This document shows positions 47,456 to 56,029 of a stretch of DNA of 64,000 nucleotides, piece by piece. Under the pieces are notes generated by a model. That model saw nothing but the letters and a program-made list of their open reading frames with translations, was not told where the DNA came from and made no database searches. Position 1 is the stretch's first letter, and every line of letters starts with the position of its first letter. Both the position numbers and the translations under genes were made by a program. The stretch lies in contig JBBRTD010000001.1 in assembly GCA_038244685.1 (NCBI GenBank), positions 2,339 through 66,338 of the forward strand, in the 5' to 3' direction. The stretch is from Minisyncoccia bacterium. Lineage in GTDB: Bacteria > Patescibacteriota > Minisyncoccia > Phycocordibacterales > UBA9973.

Positions 47456-48137
47456 ATATCTTGCCCTAAATAATTATGCTACGAGAAAAGGAGCTGATGA
47501 ACTTATCAAAAAAGGTTATGTTTTTATAAATGGTAGAAAGGCTGTGCTTGGTGATCAAGTATATAGAGACGGAGAAGTTATTGTAAGCGACAAAGCGCCC
47601 AAAAAAGATTATGTATATTATGCATATAATAAAACTGTCGGAGTTTCGACAAATCCTGATATAAATACAAAAGATATTCTTCAGGTTACAAAGTTTAAAG
47701 AAATTGTCTTCCCTATTGGCAGACTTGATAAAGATTCTCATGGACTTATTTTAATGACCAATGATGGCCGTGTAACAGATAGACTTCTTTCTCCGAAATA
47801 TGTTCACGAAAAAGAATATGTCGTAAAAGTTGAACCAAATTTTTCAGATACATTTATAGAACTTATGAGTAACGGTGTTCATTTTGATAAATTTATAAGT
47901 AAAAAATGTAAGGTCTGGAGAAGTACGAGTAAATCTAAGGATACCTTCAATATAGTGCTCACAGAGGGCAAAAAACGCCAAATAAGACGTATGTGCGAAG
48001 CATTGCACCATAAGGTAGTAAACCTAAAACGTATTCGTATAATGAATATAGAATTAGGAAGACTAAATGAAGGTGAATATAAAGAAATTAAAGGTGCCGA
48101 ATTAGATACACTTCTTAAATCATTAATGCTTAAATAA
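47430..48137 (+). CDS. rRNA pseudouridine synthase (RluF/RluB/RsuA family)
   Basis: S4 domain RINKYLA; GRLDKDSHGL, KEYVV, EGKKRQIRRM. Confidence 0.92.
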   Translation: MEYPIRINKYLALNNYATRKGADELIKKGYVFINGRKAVLGDQVYRDGEVIVSDKAPKKDYVYYAYNKTVGVSTNPDINTKDILQVTKFKEIVFPIGRLDKDSHGLILMTNDGRVTDRLLSPKYVHEKEYVVKVEPNFSDTFIELMSNGVHFDKFISKKCKVWRSTSKSKDTFNIVLTEGKKRQIRRMCEALHHKVVNLKRIRIMNIELGRLNEGEYKEIKGAELDTLLKSLMLK

Positions 48138-48143
48138 AACTAA

Positions 48144-48189
48144 AATAACATAAAAGCCCCCGACTACAGTCGGGGGCTTTTATGTTATT
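48144..48189. terminator. Bidirectional terminator
   Basis: aataacataaaagcccccgac-taca-gtcgggggcttttatgttatt. Confidence 0.85.
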
Positions 48190-48191
48190 AA

Positions 48192-50765
48192 TTATTGTGC
48201 TAAATTTGCTTTTTGACGACTTAAGAATCCAAATGACCCATCTGCATTAAGTCCATTTTGTGCTTGCCAATTTTTAACTTTTTGAGCTGTTCCTCTTCCA
48301 AAGACTCCATCAGCATATATCCCTAAAAATTGTTGAAGAGTTTTAACGTCATCACCTATTAATCCGGGTTTAAGAGTTCGACGGATAGGAGTAGGATTAT
48401 TATTTTGATTATTTACATTATTTAAATCAGAATCATTATAATTTAAACAATATTTTCCAGTTGCTGTGCTATACCTTGTTCCATTACAACCATTATCCAC
48501 AGTAATTAGATTTGTATTTGGTAAACTACATCCTACCTTCTCAGATAAGGCTGCTAACGATTGCGTTCCATTTAATATAGAACCATCTCTAAACTTCCAA
48601 GCTGGGTAACCAGTTATGTTTTCTCTATTACAAATTTCAGACTGCCCGTTTACAAGTGAACTTGAACATTCCACTTTATTAATTTTTTCAAAAGAATTTC
48701 CAAGCAAGTCCTTTTGTTTCTGGCAATATGAACACCAAGAAGCGGTATACAATATAGCACCTTTATCGTTTAAACATTGTGCAAAAGAATCATTATTGGA
48801 TATTGTAGAGTTAGTTACATAAAATGTTGCTGTGCCATATTTTGTAAAATCATTTGAACCAAAAGTATGACCATAGTCTATTTTATATTCTCCTTCTGGT
48901 GTGTTGTATGGTATTTGAAGAGTTTGTACTCCACTATTCGCAGTATCAAACTTCTTTATAAATGTATAATTATTAACATCTTTTTTATAAATCAAAGCTT
49001 CAAAAGCACCAAATCTTGTTAAATTAGAATCAATTTTAATTTCTACATTCTGACCAGCATTAAATGTTGAACCATTTTTAGGATAAACTAAATTTACATA
49101 GGCATCTCTATTATTTTGACAAAGTTGACCATTAGTTGAACTATAAACTTCTCCATTTGAACAACCGTTATTAGAACTAGATTTTATTGTAATATCACCA
49201 CTCAAATATGAATTACAAGAATTTTTATCCCCTAAACAATAATTTCCTGAATCACTTTCAGAGATAGCTACAATTTTATATGTACCTGGAGTTACACCAC
49301 CAATACCTGAACCATTAAGGTCTGTCAATGAATTTCCATCCCAATTACCGCTTGTACCATTTACACCATTAACAAGATTAGTAAAAATCCAACCAACAAC
49401 ACCACTATTATTGGCAGCATATGATCCTGCTTGGTTATATTTACTAAATAAACCTATTTGTATTTTGTTCTTACCGCCACTCCATGAAATTTTATTTGCA
49501 GCTCCTTGTGTAAACACCTCTCCTCCTTTGGGAGATAAAACTGTAACTGAAGAAGACTCTGTTCCTGGACATTTCTGTCCTGAAGTAGAACTATATACTT
49601 CTCCATTTGAACAACCTCCATTTATAACATCAGTAGCTTGTCCTATTGTAAAAGTGCTATCTGAATAATCAAAAATAGGTGAAGGATTATTCGTACTATC
49701 GGTACCAACAGATATCACAAAATTTTTTCCATACGGCAAACCACCAAGATTTGTTGGTAATACTACTTTCTCTTGTCCATCATTGTAAGTAAAAGAAGAA
49801 AGTTCTTTACTCCAAACTATTACCCCATTTGAATTATATTCATGTAATATAATATCAATATTTTTGTTATTATTTGAAATTCCAGCACTATTCCAAGTTA
49901 CATTAATTTGCTGGCCAACTTCATACATATCCCTTCCATTAGGAGACAAAACTGTAATTGAAGGGGCTACCGATGGAACAATAACTGTATCATTTACAAC
50001 CAATACTTTTATCAAATTTGAATTATATGTTTTACCATCTTTAATAACTTGAATGTAAAAACTACCTGCTCCGGTGTGATTTGGTGTACATTTTTGAGAC
50101 CAAGAATCAAAGCTTCCATCATTAAGACAAGAATCATTAAATAGAGGATCAAAGTTAAAAGATCTTGAATAATCAACACCGACTTGGCCAATAAGATTCA
50201 CAGGCACGCCAGAGAAAGTTATACTATTACCTAATTTAATAACAACATATTCACCATTATTTGATTGAGGATTTGAGTAAAGATTAATTGAAGGAGTAGA
50301 AATACTTCCCTCTACGCATTTATATGACATCTTTCTATCTCCAATATAATTATTTAAATTACCAGCATCTTTCCATGTATTAATAGTTTCTGCTTTATAT
50401 TCAACTATACTTGTCGTATTTGGATAAAATTTCTTACAGTAGGTAAGTTTATCCAATTGACCACCCGAGGTCCCATCGCTATCTGTTTGCCAGCTTGAAG
50501 AAGCTATGTCTACATGCTGATTAACTTTTCCATACCAATATGATATACGTGGAGTTAAATCAGAAGTAGGAGTAGTATCATTGTTTACATTACTAACTAC
50601 GGTAGTACCATAAACTGATTCAGAATATCCTGCAGCATATGCACCAAGTTTACTTCTGAGTTGAATAATTTCTCTCATCACAGAATCACTTACCCAGGAA
50701 GCCTGAGCTTCTATTCCTACAAGCAGAGAACCAAAAATAAATAAACCTAGTAACATTTTTTTCAT
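48192..50765 (-). CDS. Secreted modular surface protein: unknown Cys/Trp domain, Ig-like (SITVLSPNG-type) domains, 3 Cys-linker motifs, thioredoxin-like CxxC domain, C-terminal peptidoglycan-binding-type domain
   Basis: Signal peptide; SITVLSPNG and VTVLSPKGGE; GCSNGEVYSSTxGQxC x2; FAQCL..KGA.LY.ASWCSYCQKQK...ITGYPAW; tail GDDVKTLQQFLG..ADGVFGRGT...WQ..NGLNADG. Confidence 0.75.
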   Translation of the reverse strand: MKKMLLGLFIFGSLLVGIEAQASWVSDSVMREIIQLRSKLGAYAAGYSESVYGTTVVSNVNNDTTPTSDLTPRISYWYGKVNQHVDIASSSWQTDSDGTSGGQLDKLTYCKKFYPNTTSIVEYKAETINTWKDAGNLNNYIGDRKMSYKCVEGSISTPSINLYSNPQSNNGEYVVIKLGNSITFSGVPVNLIGQVGVDYSRSFNFDPLFNDSCLNDGSFDSWSQKCTPNHTGAGSFYIQVIKDGKTYNSNLIKVLVVNDTVIVPSVAPSITVLSPNGRDMYEVGQQINVTWNSAGISNNNKNIDIILHEYNSNGVIVWSKELSSFTYNDGQEKVVLPTNLGGLPYGKNFVISVGTDSTNNPSPIFDYSDSTFTIGQATDVINGGCSNGEVYSSTSGQKCPGTESSSVTVLSPKGGEVFTQGAANKISWSGGKNKIQIGLFSKYNQAGSYAANNSGVVGWIFTNLVNGVNGTSGNWDGNSLTDLNGSGIGGVTPGTYKIVAISESDSGNYCLGDKNSCNSYLSGDITIKSSSNNGCSNGEVYSSTNGQLCQNNRDAYVNLVYPKNGSTFNAGQNVEIKIDSNLTRFGAFEALIYKKDVNNYTFIKKFDTANSGVQTLQIPYNTPEGEYKIDYGHTFGSNDFTKYGTATFYVTNSTISNNDSFAQCLNDKGAILYTASWCSYCQKQKDLLGNSFEKINKVECSSSLVNGQSEICNRENITGYPAWKFRDGSILNGTQSLAALSEKVGCSLPNTNLITVDNGCNGTRYSTATGKYCLNYNDSDLNNVNNQNNNPTPIRRTLKPGLIGDDVKTLQQFLGIYADGVFGRGTAQKVKNWQAQNGLNADGSFGFLSRQKANLAQ

Positions 50766-50821
50766 AAATAGTTTATAACTTTATGATTATTAATATGATA
50801 ATATTATAACATGCTATTACC

Positions 50822-50854
50822 AAAAAGCCAGACATGCTATATGCCTGGCTTTTT
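50822..50854 (-). terminator. Terminator between the two surface-protein genes
   Basis: aaaaagccag...ctggcttttt. Confidence 0.7.
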
Positions 50855-50865
50855 AATGAATTATT

Positions 50866-52110
50866 TTATTGTGTGAAGTTTGCTCTCTGGTAACAAAGTG
50901 AACCAAAGACACCATCTGGATAGAGACCGTTTGCTATCTGCCAATTTTTGACATAAAGAGTTGTTCCTCTACCGAAAACTCCATCGTCGGTTATTCCTAG
51001 AAATTGCTGAAGCTTCCTTACATCATCCCCTGTTAATCCCCATCTTAATGTTCTTCGGTTTGGACTTATTATTATTTGATTTGTATTATTACAAGATCTT
51101 CCTGTTGTATAGCTAAAAATATTTCCAGCCAAACAACCAGAATCAACAACTTGTGTAATCAAAGTACATCTCTGCCCTGTAGTATAACTATAGATATTTC
51201 CTTGCGCACAACCAGTATCGATTGTAGTAATTACGGGACATCTTTGCCCTGTCGTACTACTATATATTTGACCTTGATTGCAACCATAATCAACACTATA
51301 AGAATTTCCGACAACAACACTTATGCTTGTTCTTGCACTACCTCCATTTGTTGGGCATGGAGTTGTAAAACATCTAATACTATTATCGCTAGTAACAGTA
51401 AATGTTGGATTATACTTACCAGCAATTGAATAACTGTGAGTAAAGGTAGCCGATTGCGATTGTTGGTATTGCGGTATTTGATATGAAGCAGTTGTTGCGT
51501 AAACTATATCACCCCAATCAACTGAGTATGTTAAATTTCCTCCATTTGGATTTGTTGCGTTAACAGTCCAAGTTCCGGTCTGATTTAAACTTAATGATTG
51601 AGGACCAGAAACTCCAGAAATTATAGGATTATTATTACCACTTCTGTAACAATATAAACCAGTTGTTGAACTATAAACTTCATTATTATAACAACCGTAA
51701 TCTGTACTCGAAGATGAGTTTACGATTATAGTTGAAGAAAATAAAGTTGCAGTATCACCACCTATCCATTGCCTGGTTGCGGTTATTTCTAACTTTGTGC
51801 TACCAGAATTTAAAGCTAAAAATTCCCAATAGTCACTACCAAAATTTCCAACAACTATTGATCCATAATATACATTTGGATTAAGATGTTGATGATTTGT
51901 TAACTGTAAAATAGAACTATCATATCGAGGTGTATCGAATGTATAACCCCCGTCACCAGGACTTGCAATAGTTATCTTAAGTGTCTGCCCTTTTGTAATT
52001 TGAAATGTATTTCCGGTATTCGAAGACGTCAACTCAAGAGTCGCTGCTTGTACCTGACTACCTATAACAAAAAAACTAAACATAAATAGACCTAAAAGTA
52101 ATTTTTTCAT
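50866..52110 (-). CDS. Secreted modular surface protein: chagasin/I42-like domain, PKD-like domain, 4 Cys-linker motifs, C-terminal peptidoglycan-binding-type domain
   Basis: MKKLLLG..VQA signal; SPGDGGY..., VVG..G...WEF.A...G...L......W (I42-like); YSVDWGD...FTHSY...GKY (PKD); CFTTPCP; tail paralogous to the 48192 gene. Confidence 0.72.
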   Translation of the reverse strand: MKKLLLGLFMFSFFVIGSQVQAATLELTSSNTGNTFQITKGQTLKITIASPGDGGYTFDTPRYDSSILQLTNHQHLNPNVYYGSIVVGNFGSDYWEFLALNSGSTKLEITATRQWIGGDTATLFSSTIIVNSSSSTDYGCYNNEVYSSTTGLYCYRSGNNNPIISGVSGPQSLSLNQTGTWTVNATNPNGGNLTYSVDWGDIVYATTASYQIPQYQQSQSATFTHSYSIAGKYNPTFTVTSDNSIRCFTTPCPTNGGSARTSISVVVGNSYSVDYGCNQGQIYSSTTGQRCPVITTIDTGCAQGNIYSYTTGQRCTLITQVVDSGCLAGNIFSYTTGRSCNNTNQIIISPNRRTLRWGLTGDDVRKLQQFLGITDDGVFGRGTTLYVKNWQIANGLYPDGVFGSLCYQRANFTQ

Positions 52111-52158
52111 ATGATTTTGTAAAAACATGCCGCATTAATGTCCTTTTAAAGGCGACAC
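52108..52158 (-). promoter_or_regulatory. Structured 5' leader motif (copy 2)
   Basis: TGTCGC-CT-TTAA[AAGGACA]TTAA-T-GCGGCA, TGTTTTTACAAAATCAT, ATG; 34/41 identical to copy 1. Confidence 0.6.
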
Positions 52159-52217
52159 TTTTTATTATAAGTATTAATTAATATGCTTATATTATACCAT
52201 ATATTAGTCAATCTGTT

Positions 52218-52257
52218 AATACAAAAACCACAATATAAATATTGTGGTTTTTGTATT
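52218..52257 (-). terminator. Terminator after rpsR
   Basis: aatacaaaaaccacaatat-aa-atattgtggtttttgtatt. Confidence 0.8.
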
Positions 52258-52264
52258 TTTGTTC

Positions 52265-52465
52265 TTATTTAGCTATATATGGTAACAATCCCATAAAACG
52301 AGCACGCTTGATAGCAACAGCCAACTTACGTTGATTCTTTGCTGTTACATCGGTACGGCGACGAGCTTGCATACGAGCAGAAGGTGTCAAGAATCTACGT
52401 AGTAGTTCTGTATCCTTATAGTCTATATGTTTAATGTTATTTGATGAAAAATAATCTTGTTTCAT
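52265..52465 (-). CDS. rpsR: 30S ribosomal protein bS18 (Cys-less form)
   Basis: IDYKDTELLRRF...QRKLAVAIKRARFMGLLPY. Confidence 0.97.
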   Translation of the reverse strand: MKQDYFSSNNIKHIDYKDTELLRRFLTPSARMQARRRTDVTAKNQRKLAVAIKRARFMGLLPYIAK

Positions 52466-52494
52466 AAATTCTCTTTTTTAGTAATTAGTAATTT

Positions 52495-52947
52495 TTAGAA
52501 CGGTATATCTTCTGCGTTTATTTGCTCTTCAGGATACTCTATTGTATCTATCTCTTCCTCTTTTTTAGAAGCTGAAGGAGTAGACGTGCTTGGAGTATAT
52601 GATGAAGGTCCAGTTGTATTTTTTGCTCCAAATTGAACAGTGTCAGCGATGATTTCTGTACGATACTTTTTTGTATTTGTAGCAGCATCATCCCAACTTC
52701 GAGTTTCCATTCTTCCTTCGACTAGTATTTGACTTCCCTTTTTCATATAAGTAGCTACATTCTCGGCTGTCTTGCCCCATACTACAATATTATGATAATC
52801 AGTTTTTTCTTGTTTAACACCATTTGAATCTTTATAGGTACGATTAGTAGCTATACTAAAAGTACAAACCTTATTCCCAGAAGCGATAGCTTTTAATTCT
52901 GGATCACGAGTTAGATTCCCTATTAGAATTGCTTTGTTTAAATACAT
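52495..52947 (-). CDS. ssb: Single-stranded DNA-binding protein
   Basis: NKAILIGNLTRDPE...; C-terminal EDIPF. Confidence 0.98.
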   Translation of the reverse strand: MYLNKAILIGNLTRDPELKAIASGNKVCTFSIATNRTYKDSNGVKQEKTDYHNIVVWGKTAENVATYMKKGSQILVEGRMETRSWDDAATNTKKYRTEIIADTVQFGAKNTTGPSSYTPSTSTPSASKKEEEIDTIEYPEEQINAEDIPF

Positions 52948-52983
52948 AAATATAGTAAATAATTTAAATTATTAATACAAATA

Positions 52984-53487
52984 TTATACCACAAGAGCTT
53001 CGATTTCTTTGTCTATAACTTCTTCATTTATTGGAGCTGACTCTTCACTCTTAGTGACACTACGACGCTTTGAACCATCTTGCTTGCCATAGGCACGCTT
53101 TACAGACATAGTATTTCCACGAACAGTTTTAATCATAAGATAACGAACTAACTTTTCATTACCATCTAAATATTCCTTTAGAACTTTTGCTTTCTCTGTT
53201 ATACATTCAAACTTAACCCAACCAAAATAACCATAAGAAAACTTTTGTTTCTTATTGGCGATAGAACGAGACATTTCATATGCTAGTTCTAACATCTTCG
53301 GATATTCATCAGAAATAAAGGTTACCCCCATTTCTCCTAATGTATCCTTAAAAGAAGTTACTTCTCCTCCAAGATTTTCCTCTGGAATACTTGGAACCAT
53401 AATATAACCAACCTCATATATAGAGATTTTGGCTTCTGTAGCTTCTACATCTTCCCCTACCTCTACAATTGCTTTTGCTTTTGCCAT
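52984..53487 (-). CDS. rpsF: 30S ribosomal protein bS6
   Basis: YEVGYIMVP...LAYEM...GYF...RYLMIK; rpsF-ssb-rpsR order. Confidence 0.92.
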   Translation of the reverse strand: MAKAKAIVEVGEDVEATEAKISIYEVGYIMVPSIPEENLGGEVTSFKDTLGEMGVTFISDEYPKMLELAYEMSRSIANKKQKFSYGYFGWVKFECITEKAKVLKEYLDGNEKLVRYLMIKTVRGNTMSVKRAYGKQDGSKRRSVTKSEESAPINEEVIDKEIEALVV

Positions 53488-53676
53488 AGATTTTGCGAAA
53501 TTACCAAATCACGAACTATTCATTCGCATGTACTCCATACAAATAGAGCACGACCGATAAAAACACTTAAATTATTACTTTTAATATCATCTCGTTATGG
53601 ACCTGTGTGTACCGACTTCAGGGTCGGGACAAACGAAATGTGCTGTTATACTAACAAATATGTGCTGTTTTGTCAA
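53488..53676 (-). promoter_or_regulatory. rpsF promoter and about 155-nt structured leader
   Basis: TTGACA-17-TAGTAT (53676-53648); stems CATTTCGTT/AACGAGATG enclosing CCGAC/GTCGG, and GTGCTCTAT/ATGGAGTAC. Confidence 0.6.
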
Positions 53677-53681
53677 AAAAA

Positions 53682-53717
53682 CAGGGGTCAACCACCGCGA
53701 TAGAGGTTGGACCCCTG
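53682..53717. repeat. GC-rich REP-like hairpin/terminator after tatD
   Basis: caggggtcaacc...ggttggacccctg, with a U-tract on the minus strand. Confidence 0.7.
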
Positions 53718-53733
53718 AAGTAATTTCTTTTAT

Positions 53734-54591
53734 TTAAATACCAAACAATTTACTGGCATTTGAGATTATTTGAGAAGCAATAAGGGATTCTTCCAATCCT
53801 TTAATTTCTGCTATCTTTTTAACTATGTCTTTCACGTAGAATGGTTCATTCCTCTCTCCTCTATGAGGCATTGGAGCTACATAAGGGCTATCTGTATCAG
53901 CCATTATCATATTAATAGGAATATTTTTAATTATCTCTTGATAGTTACAACCCTTACCATCCTTTCTAGGATGATAAGTTATTACACCTGTAAAAGAAAT
54001 CATAAAGCCAAATTCAGTAAAGTTCAAAGCATCTTGTAAGCTACCAGCAAAGAAGTGAACGTCACCTTTTACTTTTGAATGTTCTTTAAGAATTTCCAAG
54101 GCATCAGAATAAGCATTACGACTCGTATCGTCGTCATTATTTCTAATATGAAGCATTAAAGGAATATTTAATTCGTTCGCTAGTTCAATCTGAGAAATAA
54201 ATGCCACTCTTTGTCTGTCTATTGATTCAGGTGTACAGCGATAATAATCAAGACCACACTCACCAATAGCTACAACCTTTCCCTTTACGGCAAGCTCTCT
54301 ATATTTTTCCTTATCAAAAATTTCACCACGTGAAGAAAATTCTTCACCTTCTTTGCCAAGCTCTTCAACGTCGTGGTATGAAGCACTTGTGTGAATTGGA
54401 TGTAAACCAATTGTGGCATAGACTCCTTCATTTTCATTTGTCATTTCTACTGCCTTTTTAGAAGTATCATATTGAGTGCCAACATTTATAACCCAAGTCT
54501 CATTATCTAGAGCCCGACCGATAACAGCTTCTCGATCTTCGTCAAAAGCTTTAAAATTTACATGTGAATGTATATCGATATATTTAGGCAT
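53734..54591 (-). CDS. tatD: TatD family DNase
   Basis: IDIHSH, GLHP, AIGECGLDY, LHIR, HFF, DTDSPY..P.RGERNEP. Confidence 0.95.
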   Translation of the reverse strand: MPKYIDIHSHVNFKAFDEDREAVIGRALDNETWVINVGTQYDTSKKAVEMTNENEGVYATIGLHPIHTSASYHDVEELGKEGEEFSSRGEIFDKEKYRELAVKGKVVAIGECGLDYYRCTPESIDRQRVAFISQIELANELNIPLMLHIRNNDDDTSRNAYSDALEILKEHSKVKGDVHFFAGSLQDALNFTEFGFMISFTGVITYHPRKDGKGCNYQEIIKNIPINMIMADTDSPYVAPMPHRGERNEPFYVKDIVKKIAEIKGLEESLIASQIISNASKLFGI

Positions 54592-56024
54592 TAATCTTTT
54601 CTTAAGAATAATGGAGTCTCCGGCTTTTTATTTTCTTTAATTAAGCTTAAAATTTTTTCTGCAGTTTCGGGCATAATGGGGATTAGACGTTGTGCAATAA
54701 TTGATAATTTTTGTACAAGAATTTTTATGTGTTCCTTGCCTGCTTGTTCATCTACCTTTATAACCTTAAAGGGTTGGTTAATTTGAATATACTCATCAAG
54801 GTCTCCGATAAAACTCCAGGTTAAATCCATAATATTTTTTAACTCAAATTCATCCCAATATTCTTTTTTATCCTCTAAATATTCTGCAATAATAACTTTT
54901 GAATCAAGATGTTTTTCTGCCATAGTCATTATTCGGCTTGTTAGATTCCCTATTCCGTTTGCTAATCCTGAATTATATGCATCCTTAAATCTTTCAATAG
55001 TAAAAGGGCTATCTTCAAAATTAGATATTTCTCTTAAAAGAAAATATCTCAAAGCATCTGTCCCGTATTCTTTTACTACATCTCTTGGATCAATAACATT
55101 ACCGAGAGTTTTGGACATACGAACACCACCATCGCCTGTAATAAAGCCATTCACAATTATTTGATGCGAATTAGGTAAGTCTGCTGCCATAAGCATAGCT
55201 TGCCACATTGCCCCCTGGAAACGAGTGTTATCCTTTCCGCAGTATTGAGTCGGCGTGCCATTTTTCCAATACTTTTCGAAATTCTCATTATCATTGGGCC
55301 ATCCCAAAGTCGAAATATAGTTTACAAGCGCATCGAACCAAACATAAATAACTTGGGAGTCATCCCCTGGAACAGGAATACCCCAAGGCATCTTCTCTTT
55401 CAAACGTGAAATAGAAAAATCTTGCAATCCACCAGTAACGAAAGTTTTAATTTCATTAAAGCGAAAATCTGGCACAACAAAATTCGGATTCTTATCATAA
55501 AATTCCAAAAGCTTTTCCGTAAAGGCACTATATTTAAAGAAATAATTCTCTTCGCTAATAGTTTTAAGTTCCATACCGGGATGTAGAGGACAAGCGCCAT
55601 CTACAAGCTCGGAGTCCGTCTTCTCGCTCTCACAACCAATACAATATTTTGCTTCATATTGTTTTTTATAAATATAACCATTGTCTGAAACTCTTTTCCA
55701 AAATTCACAAACAGCTTCTTCGTGAGATTTATCAGTTGTTCGAATAAAGTGGATATCAGGAAGAACACCAAACATTTTTAACTGTTCTTGAAAAGTTTCA
55801 AAACCAAGATCAACAAACTTTTGCGTGTCTATATTTTGCTCTTTTGCTTTCTCAAATATCTTTATGCCATGTTCATCAGTTCCCGTATTAAAATAAACAT
55901 CGAAACCCTGTAGCTTTTTATAGCGAGCAATAGTATCAGCTCTGACAAATTCAAGAGCATGCCCCATGTGTAGTGGTGCATTTACGTAAGGCAAAGTTGT
56001 TGTTAAATAGAATGTTTTATTCAT
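54591..56024 (-). CDS. metG: Methionine--tRNA ligase (short, single knuckle)
   Basis: PYVNAPLHMGH, GTDEHG, YVWFDAL, RMSKT. Confidence 0.97.
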   Translation of the reverse strand: MNKTFYLTTTLPYVNAPLHMGHALEFVRADTIARYKKLQGFDVYFNTGTDEHGIKIFEKAKEQNIDTQKFVDLGFETFQEQLKMFGVLPDIHFIRTTDKSHEEAVCEFWKRVSDNGYIYKKQYEAKYCIGCESEKTDSELVDGACPLHPGMELKTISEENYFFKYSAFTEKLLEFYDKNPNFVVPDFRFNEIKTFVTGGLQDFSISRLKEKMPWGIPVPGDDSQVIYVWFDALVNYISTLGWPNDNENFEKYWKNGTPTQYCGKDNTRFQGAMWQAMLMAADLPNSHQIIVNGFITGDGGVRMSKTLGNVIDPRDVVKEYGTDALRYFLLREISNFEDSPFTIERFKDAYNSGLANGIGNLTSRIMTMAEKHLDSKVIIAEYLEDKKEYWDEFELKNIMDLTWSFIGDLDEYIQINQPFKVIKVDEQAGKEHIKILVQKLSIIAQRLIPIMPETAEKILSLIKENKKPETPLFLRKD

Positions 56025-56029
56025 ATATT

